64,000 nt of DNA from Epiperipatus broadwayi (GCA_028023455.1 JAQFVV010000002.1:26846001-26910000), one strand, 5' to 3'. Positions 26,134 to 39,789 are shown, numbered from the stretch's first letter. Notes: generated by a model from the letters alone, not told the origin. Translations and numbers: made by a program.

Positions 26134-26556
26134 TATTGGATGAGTAGGCACTAGATAGGGATTTTATGCACAAGCCTTCTGGCATCCATTGATTGCTCTT
26201 GTTAGCACAAGATGGCACTACTATATGGAGAGTTTTGCTGTATTTTGAATTGTTTAATAACAATTATTGTGCTAGTATGAGATAGTGATCATGTGATGTT
26301 TAGTGGTTTAACACCAATCTGCCTAATAGGATAGTGGTGGCTATGGTTGTTAAAGAGCCAAAGACACCAAAATGTATGGGTACTGAATTGAGTTCAGACC
26401 CATATGACTATATAAGCTATTGAGCTTGGGTTGAAAATATTAATAGTGTTTTCAATTTCATTCTCATAGTTTTGTAGTTAAATAGAGTTAAAAGGTGGGT
26501 GCTGGAGGGTTGCATTAGATCCTAAGATCTAGGTGCAGTGCTCTCAGATCCAAGGC

Positions 26557-26598
26557 TCCTCACTGATGAAGGCCACAAGCCAGAAACTAGTCTGGGGA
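26557..26598 (+). ncRNA. Family A minimal hammerhead
   Basis: Identical motif 465 nt downstream of 26092. Confidence 0.8.
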
Positions 26599-27012
26599 TA
26601 TTGGATGAGTAGGCACTAGATAGGGATTTTATGCACAAGCCTTCTGGCATCCATTGATTGCTCTTGTTAGCACAAGATGGCACTACTATATGGAGAGTTT
26701 TGCTGTATTTTGAATTGTTTAATAACAATTATTGTGCTAGTATGAGATAGTGATCATGTGATGTTTAGTGGTTTAACACCAATCCTGCCTAATAGGATGG
26801 TGGTGGCTATGGTTGTTAAAGAGCCAAGAACCAAAATGTATGGGTACTGAATTGAGTTCAGACCCATATGACTATATAAGCTATTGAGCTTGGGTTGAAA
26901 ATATTAATAGTGTTTTCAATTTCATTCTCATAGTTTTGAGTTAAATAGGTTAAAAGGTGGGTGTGGAGGGTTGCATTAGATCCTAAGATCTAGGTGCAGT
27001 GCTCTCAGACAA

Positions 27013-27053
27013 GCCTCACTGATGAAGGCCACAAGCCAAAACTAGTCTGGGGA
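27013..27053 (+). ncRNA. Family A hammerhead, defective as written (core G12 missing)
   Basis: GCCAAAACTAGTC instead of GCCAGAAACTAGTC. This unit has many 1-nt deletions, possibly sequencing error. Confidence 0.55.
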
Positions 27054-27473
27054 TATTGGATGAGTAGGCACTAGATAGGGATTTTATGAAAGCCTTCTGG
27101 CATCCATTGATTGCTCTTGTTAGCACAAGATGGCCTACTATATGGAGAGTTTTGCTGTATTTTGAAATGTTTAATAACAATTATTGTGCTAGTATGAGAT
27201 AGTGATCATGTGATGTTTAGTGGTTTAACACCAATCCTGCCTAATAGGATAGTGGTGGCTATGGTTGTTAAAGAGCCAAAGACACAAAATGTATGGGTAC
27301 TGAATTGAGTTCAGACCCATATGACTATATAAGCTATTGAGCTTGGGTTGAAAATATTAATAGTGTTTTCAATTTCATTCTCATAGTTTTGTAGTTAAAT
27401 AGAGTTAAAAGGTGGGTGCTGGAGGGTTGCATTAGATCCTAAGATCTAGGTGCAGTGCTCTCAGATCCAAGGC

Positions 27474-27515
27474 TCCTCACTGATGAAGGCCACAAGCCAG
27501 AAACTAGTCTGGGGA
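27474..27515 (+). ncRNA. Family A minimal hammerhead
   Basis: Intact motif, CTGATGA at 27480. Confidence 0.8.
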
Positions 27516-27949
27516 TATTGGATGATTAGGCACTAGATAGGGATTTTATGCATAAGCCTTCTGGCATCCATTGATTGCTCTTGTTAGCACAAGATGGCAC
27601 TACTATATGGAGAGTTTTGCTGTATTTTGAAATGTTTAAAAACTATCACTAAGTTGGAATACACTGCTACATAAACAATAAATATAGAAAATCCATTGTA
27701 TTTGGATAGAACTCGAAGATCATATATATAAAATATTAAAATTTTTATTTTACTTAAAAAAATTCCCTCATAACAGTGTGAGTTCCTTTATTGGTAGCAA
27801 ATATTATGTTATACTAGAGACTTGCCATTCAACTTAAGAGATTAGCAGTGAATGTTTGGATCCTAATAGTTAAGATTCTTTTATCACTGAAATAATAATA
27901 AACATCAAAATGATTATGGCCAGAAAAAGAAAAGAAAGGGAAGTGAAAG

Positions 27950-30900
27950 AAAGTAAAGCTACTTTAAAATTAGTTTTGTGGAGACTATACAAATCAATTT
28001 ATTAACCACAAACACATCCATATATAGAACATGCTGGTCCAGTTTTCTGTTTATTTGATATTTTACAATTTTGTCTTTTAGTTTCTTTAGCAGCAAACTT
28101 TTCATTCTGAAATGTGTCAGCAACAAGTTTAATTGTAGCTCTCCATTGTATTCTATTCTCTGCCGTATCTTCCCAATGGAAACAATTGACATTGCATTTC
28201 TTTTAGAATGTCTTATAATATAGATGGGGTCTATCTCTTCTACAAAATTCATATTTAAGTTCATCATAAGACTCTTTTAAGAAATTATCCATTGTTCATT
28301 CCAATCCAACAATGATGTGAATTTATAGTAGTGTACTCAATAGTATTCATCTTGCAAACTGAAGAACATATTGATTGGTTTTACGATTTTGCCATTGTAT
28401 TTTTAAAATCTTACAGAATGCCCTTGAATGAAACTTTTCTAATGCTTTTATATTGTGCTGATAGTATCCAATTTTCACATCCATATAATAAATTAAGTAA
28501 AATAACAGCTTTATTTACAGCATAGTTGTAGTAGTTATTTCCCATATAGTCTGTCTTTTAATTTTTTAAAAGCAGCAGCAGCACATTGCAGTCTGTGTTG
28601 GATCTAAACATCAATCGAAACTGTAAAGTGCAGGAAAGGGTAGATAATAAAGCATTGTAAAAGTAGTAAAGTGTTTGGTCAATTGAATATTATATGATAT
28701 TTAAACTGGTTTACATTCTCAAGTTGATAACCAACATGCAGAGGATTTTTCTTCTGTCACTGAATGATATAGAACATGGAAGTTTTTTAAACATTAATTA
28801 ATAAAGTGAGATCTCGATAAGTTATTCAAAACTTTAAGATAATTCTGTGAATCATTTTTTAAACTAGGAAAAAATAACATAATCATTGGCATACTGTAAA
28901 TCTAGAATCCTAGATGATGTTCCTGTTTTTACTTTTAACCAGTTCAAATTAAAAATTTCATCATCAAATTTGTATTGTATCTTGATCTCTGTTCGATTAA
29001 ATTGTCTGTAAACAACTCCAAAGACAGCTATCATAAATATTAAAAACAATGTTGGAGCAAGTACACATCATTGTTTAACATCCATTTTCATTTCAAATTT
29101 CTCAGACTTTCCACCTGTAGTAATAACATTTTCTCTCATTCCATCATGTAGAAGCTGTACAATTTTGGTGACAACCAACACAATATAGCTGAATCAAATG
29201 CCTTGACCAAATCAATAAAAGTAATATATAAATCATTCTTTTGTTTCCACTACTTTTCTTGCATTTGTCTGACAACCAAAATCATATCTGTAGTGCTTCT
29301 TGATTCTCTAAAACCACATTACTGGAAGCAATCTATTCTACAAAATTCTTGAAAGTATTTTTTGCAATAATGGATAATAATGATATTCTATGATAATTAC
29401 CACAATCTTGTCTTCCTTATGTTTTTAAAAATGGAACAATAATTTTTTTAAGATCAGATGGCACAATTTTATGAGCCCAGATATTCCTAAAAAAATTTCA
29501 ATATTTTTGGAACGAACATATCACCATCATATTTTAAAACTGAAACCTTTTCAGTTTTAGGGTTATAAAGAGCTGTTTTAACTTCATTAAGCTGGATATC
29601 TTTGTCCAATTCTAAATGAGTAGACAAAATAGCTATATTATTAAAAGTCATCATGTCAGTTTTAGTATCATTATTCAAAGGATTATCAAAATATTCTTTT
29701 CACCTCTTCAAAATATCATTATCATCATATAAGAGGATGCAATTACTGGATTTAATAAGATTGTGACACCATTTCTCAGGAACACACGTTGCTTTCAATG
29801 CATCAAAAAAAAAAAGTCTAGAATGGCCATGATCAGCAAATGTCTAGCTTCTTTGCAGTTTTAACATACCAATTATGTTTGTCTTCTTATCAGTTGTTGA
29901 ACTTCTACCTTTAAATCTTTATATTTATTATAAAGTTTTATATTTGATCTATTATTTTACCAAGCAGAGAATGCCACATTTTTTTCAATTAAATCATTAA
30001 AAATATAATTGTCAGAAAACCATTCATGATAGGTTTTTTTTAGTAAACCCAAGAATAGATTTACTTGCATTCATAATGCACTCCTTAAGAGAATTCCATG
30101 CTTCAGTATATGACAATTTTAAAGATTCAAATTAACAATTTTAATGTTCAACAGCTGCTGAAATTTATTATAGATTCTTCTAGAGAACGAACATCAATTT
30201 TTTTGTGAATGTGATTGGAATAATATTTATTTTTTAATGCAATTATTATTTTAATCTTAGAGATTAATAATCTATGATCTGTCCATCATTCTGAGCTTAT
30301 AAGTATTTGAGCGATGTGAATTCTTAACAGTAATGTAATCTATTGAATGTCGTTGTTTTGATAATGGTTGAATCCATGTTCCTTTGTAGTGGTTTTTCTG
30401 CTCAACAAAGTGTCTATGATAGTCACTTCATGTGTTGTGCATTAATTCAATAATAATAAACCATTTGCATTTACAGCCCAATACTGTTATTGAAAACTTT
30501 TGGCCAAATGCTGCTTTTTGCACCAACACTTGCATTAAAATCTCCAAAAAGAAAAAAATCTATCTTTAATGGTATTTCTGTGTTAATGCTTTCCAGCAAG
30601 GAATGAAAACTTTTCTTCTCTGAATCTAAGGTTGTAGCATAAGCTCTGATAAAATTAGTCTAACACTATTAAGTAAGACAATTTTTAAAACCATTAATCT
30701 TCCAATAATAGAAAATAATAAATTAGATATTACAGCAAATCCACTAAACCATTTTTTTTTGCTAAGAAAAGCTATATTAATCTTAAATCTTTTGACAGTT
30801 TTAGTCACAAGTTCAGTCCTCCATTCTGGTTCTAAAGAGATTGTGTCAAGTAAAGGGTACATTCCACATACCTATATTTAGAAGAAAAAAAAGATTTATA

Positions 30901-31050
30901 TTTGTGATACTTATCTTTAGTATTACCATTGATCTCTTACTACACCATCACTACTGATATTATTCTTATTATTTCTGCTGGTAAAATGAGCAATCATCCA
31001 GGCATGACAACCTTTCCAGACTGTGTGAAATAGGCCATTTTTAGATCATA
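27950..31050 (-). mobile_element. Decayed RTE-clade LINE (endonuclease plus RT), interrupted
   Basis: Endonuclease motifs (IRAYA, FGDFNASVG) at 30.5-30.9 kb. RT motifs FIDLVKAFDS near 29200 and LQYANDYVIFS near 28870. C-terminal LLYG-like remnant near 28020. Confidence 0.8.
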
Positions 31051-33843
31051 TTTTCTAGTCTCTTCCATTTCTGTAATAAGCAGGGGATTCCTAAACATAC
31101 AATATTTTCCAGTCAAAACTCTTGTCTCACTTAAATCCAGTTACAAAATCACTCACTAGACATTGTATTACCACAAGCAAAAACTACAACTAAGAACTAT
31201 CTGTCTACTAAACCCCATCATTGCTTTCTTATTTCTTGAGGACTTTAGCTTTAAGAAAAAGGGAATATTGAAGTCAGAAATGCTATGGGTGTAGTTAAAG
31301 GATGGAAATATTGTTGCATAAACACATAATCTCATCGTCACAATTATTATAAGATGATGTCCAATAGCATGGGAGACTCACAATGACAGTGCTCTATATG
31401 ATCTTAAGTTACTGAAAAAAGAAAAGAGAAAGAAAAGATTATTTGTATTGGAAGTAGTACCTAGCCTTTGATGAACCAATATTCTGTCTTACAAGGCAGC
31501 AGGAGTTTTTGATCAAGCACTAGTTATTTGATATTCACAATTGGCCTTCATATCTAAAGGCCATTTCATTATCCACCACCTGGAAGCTTGTTTGTAGCCT
31601 GAGCTTAGCATCTGACTGATTTTTGAAATACATTTACTATTTTTTGTTTACTGAATATATTAATTATTGATTGTATAACATTATAAGTTTATTCATGATA
31701 GTTCAAACCATATATTTATTTTAAAATAGTTCCCTAAATCATACATCTAGATTTTAGGTGTTTGCCAAACTATATACCTAGTACTGTCTAGCTTTATATA
31801 TATATTTGCATCTATTGTTATTGAATCTTCTTACAGTTCCTTTAGCAGAGTGATTGCTTTGCTAAATTATATGTCTTTTATTTGTGAATATGGATTTAAG
31901 AAGAAATATAGATTGTGTTCACTTTGATTGATCTTTTGATATATTGATCTATTGGTTGTCAGTAGACTAATATTTGACTATTTTCATAAACTGCAGACTC
32001 TTTTGTTTTAAACATTTTGGGTGAGTTCATTTAAATTGTGTAATCTAATCTAGTTAGCTGAGTTTGCTATTCTCTTATAAGTATTCCATTTATATGTGCA
32101 ACTTATTTATTGACAAAAAAACAATTATCTTCATTTTAGAAACATAATAAAATTTAGTCTTTTTTTGATATTTGCTTCAATCCAATATGTGGAATTGGTG
32201 TTTCCATGATTTTTTCTTTATTTTCTCATTGTGACTTGTATCAGTAAATTTAATGATAATTTAAGTCAAATAAAACATTACCAATAGAGGGGACGGGAAA
32301 TCAATTGGAGATGGGGCTATTTTATTTTGATTGTGATAATGATTTTCTGATGGAGTTTAAAAATTATAAGCTAACTTCAGTTAAGTATTTTTTACTAGTA
32401 AGACTTCTTTTTATGTTTCCAAGTAAGTTCGTTAGATATTCAAGAAAATTTAACAAAATTTAATAGCAACAGAGTCATTAAAATGTTTTTGGAAAAGTAT
32501 AAGATTATTTTGTGTCTCTTTGAATTTATTATTTATAATTAGAGTTTCTGAAAATTTAATTATCAGAACATTATCAGAAACAAAAAAATCTACGTAGAAA
32601 ACTTTTTGCATCAGGACTGGGACTCAATAACAATATATGCAATAAAATGACTTTTCAAGAAACAATAGAGCTATGAAAAAATAGTAGGTACTCTATCTAT
32701 TTGTGTGTAACATCCATAAACCAGTGTAGCAAAGAAAGATAATTGATAAGCTTTATATTTTTCATAAAAATAAAATCCAAAAACTAAAAGATATTAAAAT
32801 AATATTCTATGTTTGAAAGATGAAATGAATATAATCTATTCATAAAACATCCCAAAATAATGTATTTAGTGAATAAGTAATGATTAAAGAGCAGATGTTT
32901 ATTAAGGTGTCATAAAAAATTCCAGGAAAATATTAAATTAGCATTTGCTATTGTCATTTAATTTCTTACAGACTGTTTGTGTTCATCTCACTTATTGAAA
33001 ACATTTACTTTTTAATCATTGTTTGATAGTTATTATTTTCAGATTAATTTTCTAAATAAATAAATTTTCTCATTTTCAGACATATTATTTATTATTATTT
33101 TATGGTTTTTGATTTTTATGCAAAGATAATGAAACTCATTGATAAGCTATTACATTGTTATGTGTATGGTATCCCCATTTTGGAGTTGTGTATACTTTCT
33201 GTAAAATGTTATTTTTGTCGCACTGGTTTTGACTCTAAAAAGAGCAGATAAAAAAATGAGAAAAAACAATAGAAAAGACAGTGACACAACATATATTATT
33301 TTATATATAGTATACGTTTAGACATTCACTTTATTCCCACATTTTGAGTGCTGTAACAAAATATTTCTGCTGTCTAATTACATTTGCATTCATTATTTAT
33401 ATCTGCTGGATGAATTCCCTGAAAGTTTGTACCAATTTTTCCTCATCTGCTTTGCATAGAAAATGAAAACAAATTGGATGTCATTCTCAAAATTTTTTTT
33501 TAAACATTTTAAAGTGTATTTAAAAGAAAATATTTATTCATTTAAATAATTCTAGAAATAATATACAGATTAAAATTGATGAAATTGAAGCTGAACAATA
33601 TGGCTTTATGAAGTTATTAAGACCAAACAGCTGAATAGCTGATAGTTATTGCTTTTATTAAATCATTGTTCTTGAATTTTTTTAAATATATATATATATG
33701 TATGAAATATTACCTGAGTACATCTGTATATAATTTATTAAACATCGGTTTATATACTTATATTTTAATAAAGTATACTCTGGATGTACCCGGATAATAT
33801 TTTATTTATATCTGTAGTCTGTGAAAATTTTCAATTTAATATA

Positions 33844-34338
33844 TAATAAAAATAATCAATTTAATGATAATAAACTATTATAAACAGTCTTTCAATCCAC
33901 AGAAGTACTTTTGGGTAATTTTTTAAACCTGCCTCAACTGCCATTAAATTAAAAAAATCAAAGCAGAAGCAAACGTCATCAATTCAAATTCCATGAATCC
34001 CATATTTTAATGTTAGCAGCTTGTCTAATTATTAAATGCATTTTATTCCTATTTATAAAAATTGCCTCCTTAATTTTTCTTAATTCAAGTCCCATGAATC
34101 CTGTATTTTAATGTTAGAAGCTTGTCTATTTATTAAATAAATAGGAATAAAATGCATTTAATAAATAGACAATAGGGGGTTCATGGGATTTGAATTGATG
34201 TCGTTTGCTTTTGCTTTATTTATTTATTTTTAATTTAATGGCAGTTGAGGCAGAATTAAGAAATTAACCAAAATACTTCTGCAGATTGAAAGACTGTTTA
34301 TAATAGTTTATTATCATTAAATTTATTATTTTTATTAT
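33844..34338. mobile_element. Family C head-to-head PLE 3'-end insertion
   Basis: Inverted arms ending in AT-rich termini. Homologous to 49516-50200 and to the termini of 39790-41180. Confidence 0.75.
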
Positions 34339-34639
34339 GATTACAATTTTATTTTAATTAATCGACATTTTATTTATATTATATGTATAACAAAATTGTT
34401 TTTAAAATAATTTAAAATTTATATCTTCCTTTTTTTTAAATATAGAATTTTAAATTTTAAAATGTTGTTTTAGGCTGAATATTCTAGAAATCAAAAAATA
34501 TGCAAGTAAAATGTACAGGGACAGGAATGATACTACTTCCATAACACGTGGTTTCTATTATAAACTAAATACTTGAAAAAGAATCACAACCAATAAGTTT
34601 ATATTTATATCAATCAATAATTTTCTGTCCTATGTACAG

Positions 34640-36660
34640 CCCAAAGAACAACCACACGGTTAATTCATCCATTTCCCCATTCTATTAATTCATTTCTCAG
34701 TCTTCTCTTCCCATCTCTTATATCATCCAACAAGGCAATTTTCCTCATTCTTTATTCTTGTTCCATTCCTATTTCTCTCCAAAACCTTCTTCAGTAAATT
34801 TTTTTTTCTTTTTTGTATATGTCCAATCCTATCTCGTTTCTCTTTCTATCTCTAATTTGCTCATCAATCTTTTTTATTTTATTTACTATTTCCAGAACTT
34901 CCTCATTTGTTATTTTATTCATCTAAATAATTTAATTCTTCTCCACCTCAGCATCTTAAATGATTCCAATCTATTCCTAATCCGTTTTTTTATTGCTCAC
35001 ATTTCACAACTGTACAACAATACACTTCACTCATAGCATTTCATTTAGCTTTTTCTTAATTCTCTTTTAAAATTGTGCAATGTTTTTTTTTTTTTATATT
35101 GAAATCGCAAAACTATAACATCACCATAATATGTGAAAAGTTAATGTTTTCTTCATTATAAATTTAAAAGCAATTTTTTTTTATCTCTTATAATCATATT
35201 TACCTCAAATACATTTTTAATGCTGCACACAATACTTTTATGTTGTTTCTATAATCCATACTGAATTCTAATCCAATTTCTATCTTTTCCATTCTTTTAA
35301 ATTATCATCCACCATAATTTCAAAAATTATTCTCTTAGATGCTCTAAATTCATATGTTATAATTATAATTTTTTTATTTTCAACCCTCATTTGGCATAAT
35401 CTTCCTTCCAAACATCTCTCTCAGTCTATTTATTAGTCTTAGAACACCTACAACATTTCACTATAACAACTAATCATAAATACATTCTTCATCAATAAAT
35501 TGCTTTCTGTTGTATGTTTATAATGTTTTTGTAACTATTTTCAGTCTTAATTCTATATTCTCTCATATATTTTACACTACTCATTAAATATAGAATTCTC
35601 TCATACCATATTTACACCAGGATATTGAAAGAAATTTTCTATTTCCCTTTTTTTCACATAAATTTTTTATTTTTGCATTTGCTTAATTTAACCTAAAACT
35701 ACCTTAATAATCCTGTTATCTCTCACAAATTGGAGTCTCACAAATATTTTCAGTTTACATGAAACTTCTTTATAATAAAAAAAAGAGACCATATTTTCTA
35801 AAGCATTCAGACTCAATCTCTTTAGTTTATTAAATATTTTTATCATACTTTTTATTTGTTAAAACATACAAAATAACACCTACAAATTAAAAATGGTATT
35901 GCCATCTCTTTCCAAAATATTTTTTTCAATTTAAGAATTATACTAGTTTATTTACTATCTCCTCTTTTGCTTTGCATTATTAAGCAGTATATTTTCCCAA
36001 TCCTTTATAGAATTATCTTTCTTTTTCACCGATATTTTCAAATATTCATGTTTATTTATTTTGTCCAAAAACATTTCATTGATCCAATCTAAGCTTATTT
36101 CCACATTTCATTAATTATCATCACCTTAGACGTCTCTTTATTAAACTTCATGCTTTTCCCATATCATTTTCTGTATCAAACTATCTTCTATTTTGATCCA
36201 AATATAGATATTTTATAAATACTATTTAAGTATTAATTAAATCATCTCTGTTTCATGAGATAACTCTATTTTAGATGAAACTTTTATGACATTGATTATA
36301 CATTTTCTATTCAACCATTTTATCAAACTCAGCTCTACTTTTCATTGTGTAATCTCTTTTTTACGATATTATGAAGTTTAACATCCAAATCCTTTAGAAA
36401 TTTTTTATTCAACTTGTAACTCATATCAATAATTTGATAGAGATAAATAATCTTATATTCTTTCTAAAAACTTCATTTTCTATATATACTTTTAATTTAA
36501 GAATACAGTATAAGCAAAACCATTATAAAATTATTGCTACTGGCTTTTTATTTACTTTTTATTTTTTATCTTTTTCTTTCAAAAGTCAATCTTATTTTTG
36601 TAATGTGGCAACTTTCAATTTTTTATTACTTCCACTTATATTTGTAAAACATTTCGACAA
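34640..36660 (-). mobile_element. Decayed LINE RT remnant (RTE-like)
   Basis: Minus-strand VLLYSCE.WAI motif near 35010; many stops. Confidence 0.55.
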
Positions 36661-37896
36661 TTAAACTCTTACATGGTTTTTATTATTATGTACCATCAAA
36701 TTTATATCAATTCCTAGTGATCACATGATTTACATTTCTCTGCAGTGACTCATCATTTGTTTGGATTTTCAGATTTTTCAGACACATTTTATATTGTTGT
36801 TAGAAACTACACCCTCATTTCTAATCACTTCTTTTACTTTGAATATTTACATATTATACACTTCTATAGTAAATTAGAACATCTCACATTATAATTAGAT
36901 TAGGTCAATTTCAGTTTGCTAATTTGCATTTCAAAATAAGAGTTCAGGTTCCAAAGTGATTAAGAGCTTATTTGCTTTTCTATCCTTGGAATTTTTAAAA
37001 GTATGGCTTCCTTTGTATCCTAATTGTTATTGGTACAAAATTATCAATATTTATATATGTGACCAAAATATTTTAAAACATGATTAAGATCCCAACTTAC
37101 CACTATTTTGTCTCATTATACAAGGCAATCTGTTCATATTTCTTTCTCATAAAATACATAACTTTTTACTATACTGTCTACCAGCTATATTAAGACATGC
37201 CCACTAAAATATCAATTTTAGGTATGTTCTGTGAAATAAATATGAAAATATTTAAAATCAAGAAATTCAAGAAGTAGTACACTTTGACTTTTACAAGTTA
37301 TTTCCTAATTTGCAGATATATGTCGTGAGAATAGGAATTTTGGTTTTGAATATAAGGAGTTCTTTGAAACAAAGAGTAGAGAATGTTTTAAAATAGGCAA
37401 ATATACAGAACTAATATATAAAATAGATCTTCACAAGGAGAATGGGACTACTTTATAGTTTAAAGGAAAAAAAAAATTTTTGTATCATACATTAATTCAA
37501 AACATTATTTAATTAATAAGAAACTGGAATATTTACTGAACTGGAAATAGATGCTAGTGATATTTATCTTCTGTGGAAGCCAGGTCTAGTCAATTTAAGT
37601 TCACAAAAGTTTTTTTATGTAGATGGTCATAGTTATTAATTCAGATTTTTTCCTCTTATAAATATTAAATAATTTTTTTAAAGATCATTAAAACAAAAAA
37701 GGAATACAGAAAAAAAGAAGAGTTGTAGTATTTTGATACTAATGTTATTTATCAAAAAAATTTTTTTATCAATTTGAAATTGCTAAATTTCTATATTTTT
37801 AAATTACCTTTAAAACATTTTTTCTCATAAATATTAAATAATAAAAATTTTTAAAGCTAAGTAAAAATATTTGTAAGTCTACAACAATTAAAAATA

Positions 37897-38462
37897 TAAT
37901 TCATAATTCCTTTAATTTACATTAATAATTCCTTTCATTTACACTTTATTCAATGCAGCATATTATTTATAGTTATTTTTATATATATATATATTTTAAA
38001 TAATTAAATTTTAATAATGAATAATTAAAAAATAAAAAATTGAATATAAAATTGATCATTAAATATAAATTACATGTAAAAGATTATAAGACAAAATTAA
38101 GGAAAAAATAAAAACATCGCGCTTAATAAGAATTAATATTTACAACTTTAAACATTTAATATAAATATAAAGGTATATGCAATATTTTGTAAAATTGTAA
38201 TTAAAATATGAATTATGTATGTTTTTAGATGTAATTAAAGTTTAATATATTATTTATGTGAAATTATATGTACAATATTTAAATAGTTTTATAGTTCTGA
38301 TGATGATTTCTGGGCAGTTGAAACTGTAAGAAAAGAAAAAATTAATTGTAAAAATAATATGTTGCATTGAATAAAGTATAAGTGAAATGAGCTATTAATT
38401 ATATTTATTAATAAAATCAATATATAGAAAATAAACAAGAAAGAATATTAATTAATATTATT
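37897..38462. mobile_element. Family B head-to-head insertion, old
   Basis: CACTTTATTCAATGCAGCATATTATTT is mirrored by AAATAATATGTTGCATTGAATAAAGT. Motif CTGATGATGATTTCTGGGCAGTTGAAAC near 38300. AACAATTAA(A/G)AATA at 37883-96 and 38463-76. Confidence 0.55.
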
Positions 38463-39789
38463 AACAATTAAGAATACTATATACGGGTCTCTAGTTATCC
38501 ATTAACTATCAATCCATTTTTAGCATTTGTCTATTGAGTAATCAGTTGTTGTTTTTTCAAAAAATAATCATTTCTATTTTTTTAAATCTTTTTTAATTAT
38601 CCAGTATTTCCTTACAAACCTTTTTTTTTTATCAACACATTTATTAATGATATAATACTGGGTATATTTATTTGTTAACATGTGATTTGAATTACAGATT
38701 CTGTGATATTTAATATATAGTATAACGATCCAGAAATAGCTACTTAACATAATCTGCACTACAGGGCCCCACTAGCATTTGAACCTAGAAAATTTATATA
38801 GTAGGCAGATACGTTAGTTAAAAAATTTTTTTTTTTATATTGGTTGATTCCGGTCGTTAGCCCATTAATCACTAGCTCAGTGGAATAGCAGAGATTTATA
38901 TTTTATAATAAATTCTTATCTAGGAATATATAAAAAAGAATAAAATAAGCCACTGCCAGTAATTATACACACAAACATTTATTTACGCACATATATATAT
39001 AATTTAGCATTATTATTTTAGTATGTTTACTTTAACATTTAACTACATTTTTAAATTTTATTTTAGATTTTAATTTACATTTTAATTTTTATAAGTTCGC
39101 ACAGATGGATTTATGAAAGTTTGTTTTATAATGTTGAGTATAGATCAGTTACAGATTACACGGTTAAAAACATTTCAAAATAAACATAACCGATCAAAAT
39201 ACAAAGTCATTGATAACGTCAATTGCAGAGGGAATACAAGAAACCCAATGGCATTTATCATAAGATGCAGCATTGACATCGATGACTTATATATTCCAAT
39301 CGAATATGAAAACCATAAACATAAATAACCGATAATGAATCCATGCAATGTCCATACCCAACTTAAATTTAATGCATTTTTATTTAGAGTGTCGAGTATG
39401 AATAGACTACATAGATTTGCATTTGAAAAGAAAATATTCTATCCTTATTTAACCTTAGGCCAAAAGTTCACAGTTAAACTAATGTCAATCCATCTGATAT
39501 ATCGATGCATTCAATGTAACACAAATACAGCAGCACAAAATAGGTTAAGAGAAGAAATTGCCTCTCGTCAGATAGGAATACTACATCTATATGACGATAA
39601 GAGCAATAAAAAAAAACTCCATAGGAAAGGACTGTGGTCATTTTTGCCAACTTACGATCGCATTCCAATAGGCAAAAAGGAAGTGTGCGTGGATTAATAC
39701 ATTTTATGCTTTGACTTACAGATTCTGTGGCATTTAATGTTGTATAGTAATTATAAGTTTTAATAGTGAATTAATAAATTTTATAAATA

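Larger units (their letters stand above)
25290..27639. mobile_element. Family A concatemer: one antisense unit (25290-25746) joined to about 4 sense units (25758-27639), 465-bp period, 13-bp TSD
   Basis: GTTTAACACC recurs at 25841, 26306, 26771 and 27223. AAACTATCACTAA is duplicated at 25277-25289 and 27640-27652. One HHR per unit. Confidence 0.92.

Noticed and set aside
25326-26728. Three near-identical 68-aa ORFs in the ORF track
   Set aside because: They lie antisense to the ribozyme strand of the repeat unit, start at a non-ATG codon and resemble no protein I know; they are by-products of the repeat.
25841-27639. 465 is divisible by 3, suggesting an endless ORF on a circle
   Set aside because: All three sense frames contain stop codons within one unit.
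25290-27639. Fold-back read or assembly artefact as the cause of the inversion
   Set aside because: An exact 13-bp TSD flanks the whole array and the same geometry recurs at 51.7 kb. The many 1-nt deletions in unit 26771-27222 may still be sequencing error, so unit count and that HHR's defect are uncertain.
25290-27639. CRISPR array or simple satellite
   Set aside because: There are no unique spacers. Dispersed copies, TSDs and a ribozyme core argue against a plain satellite.
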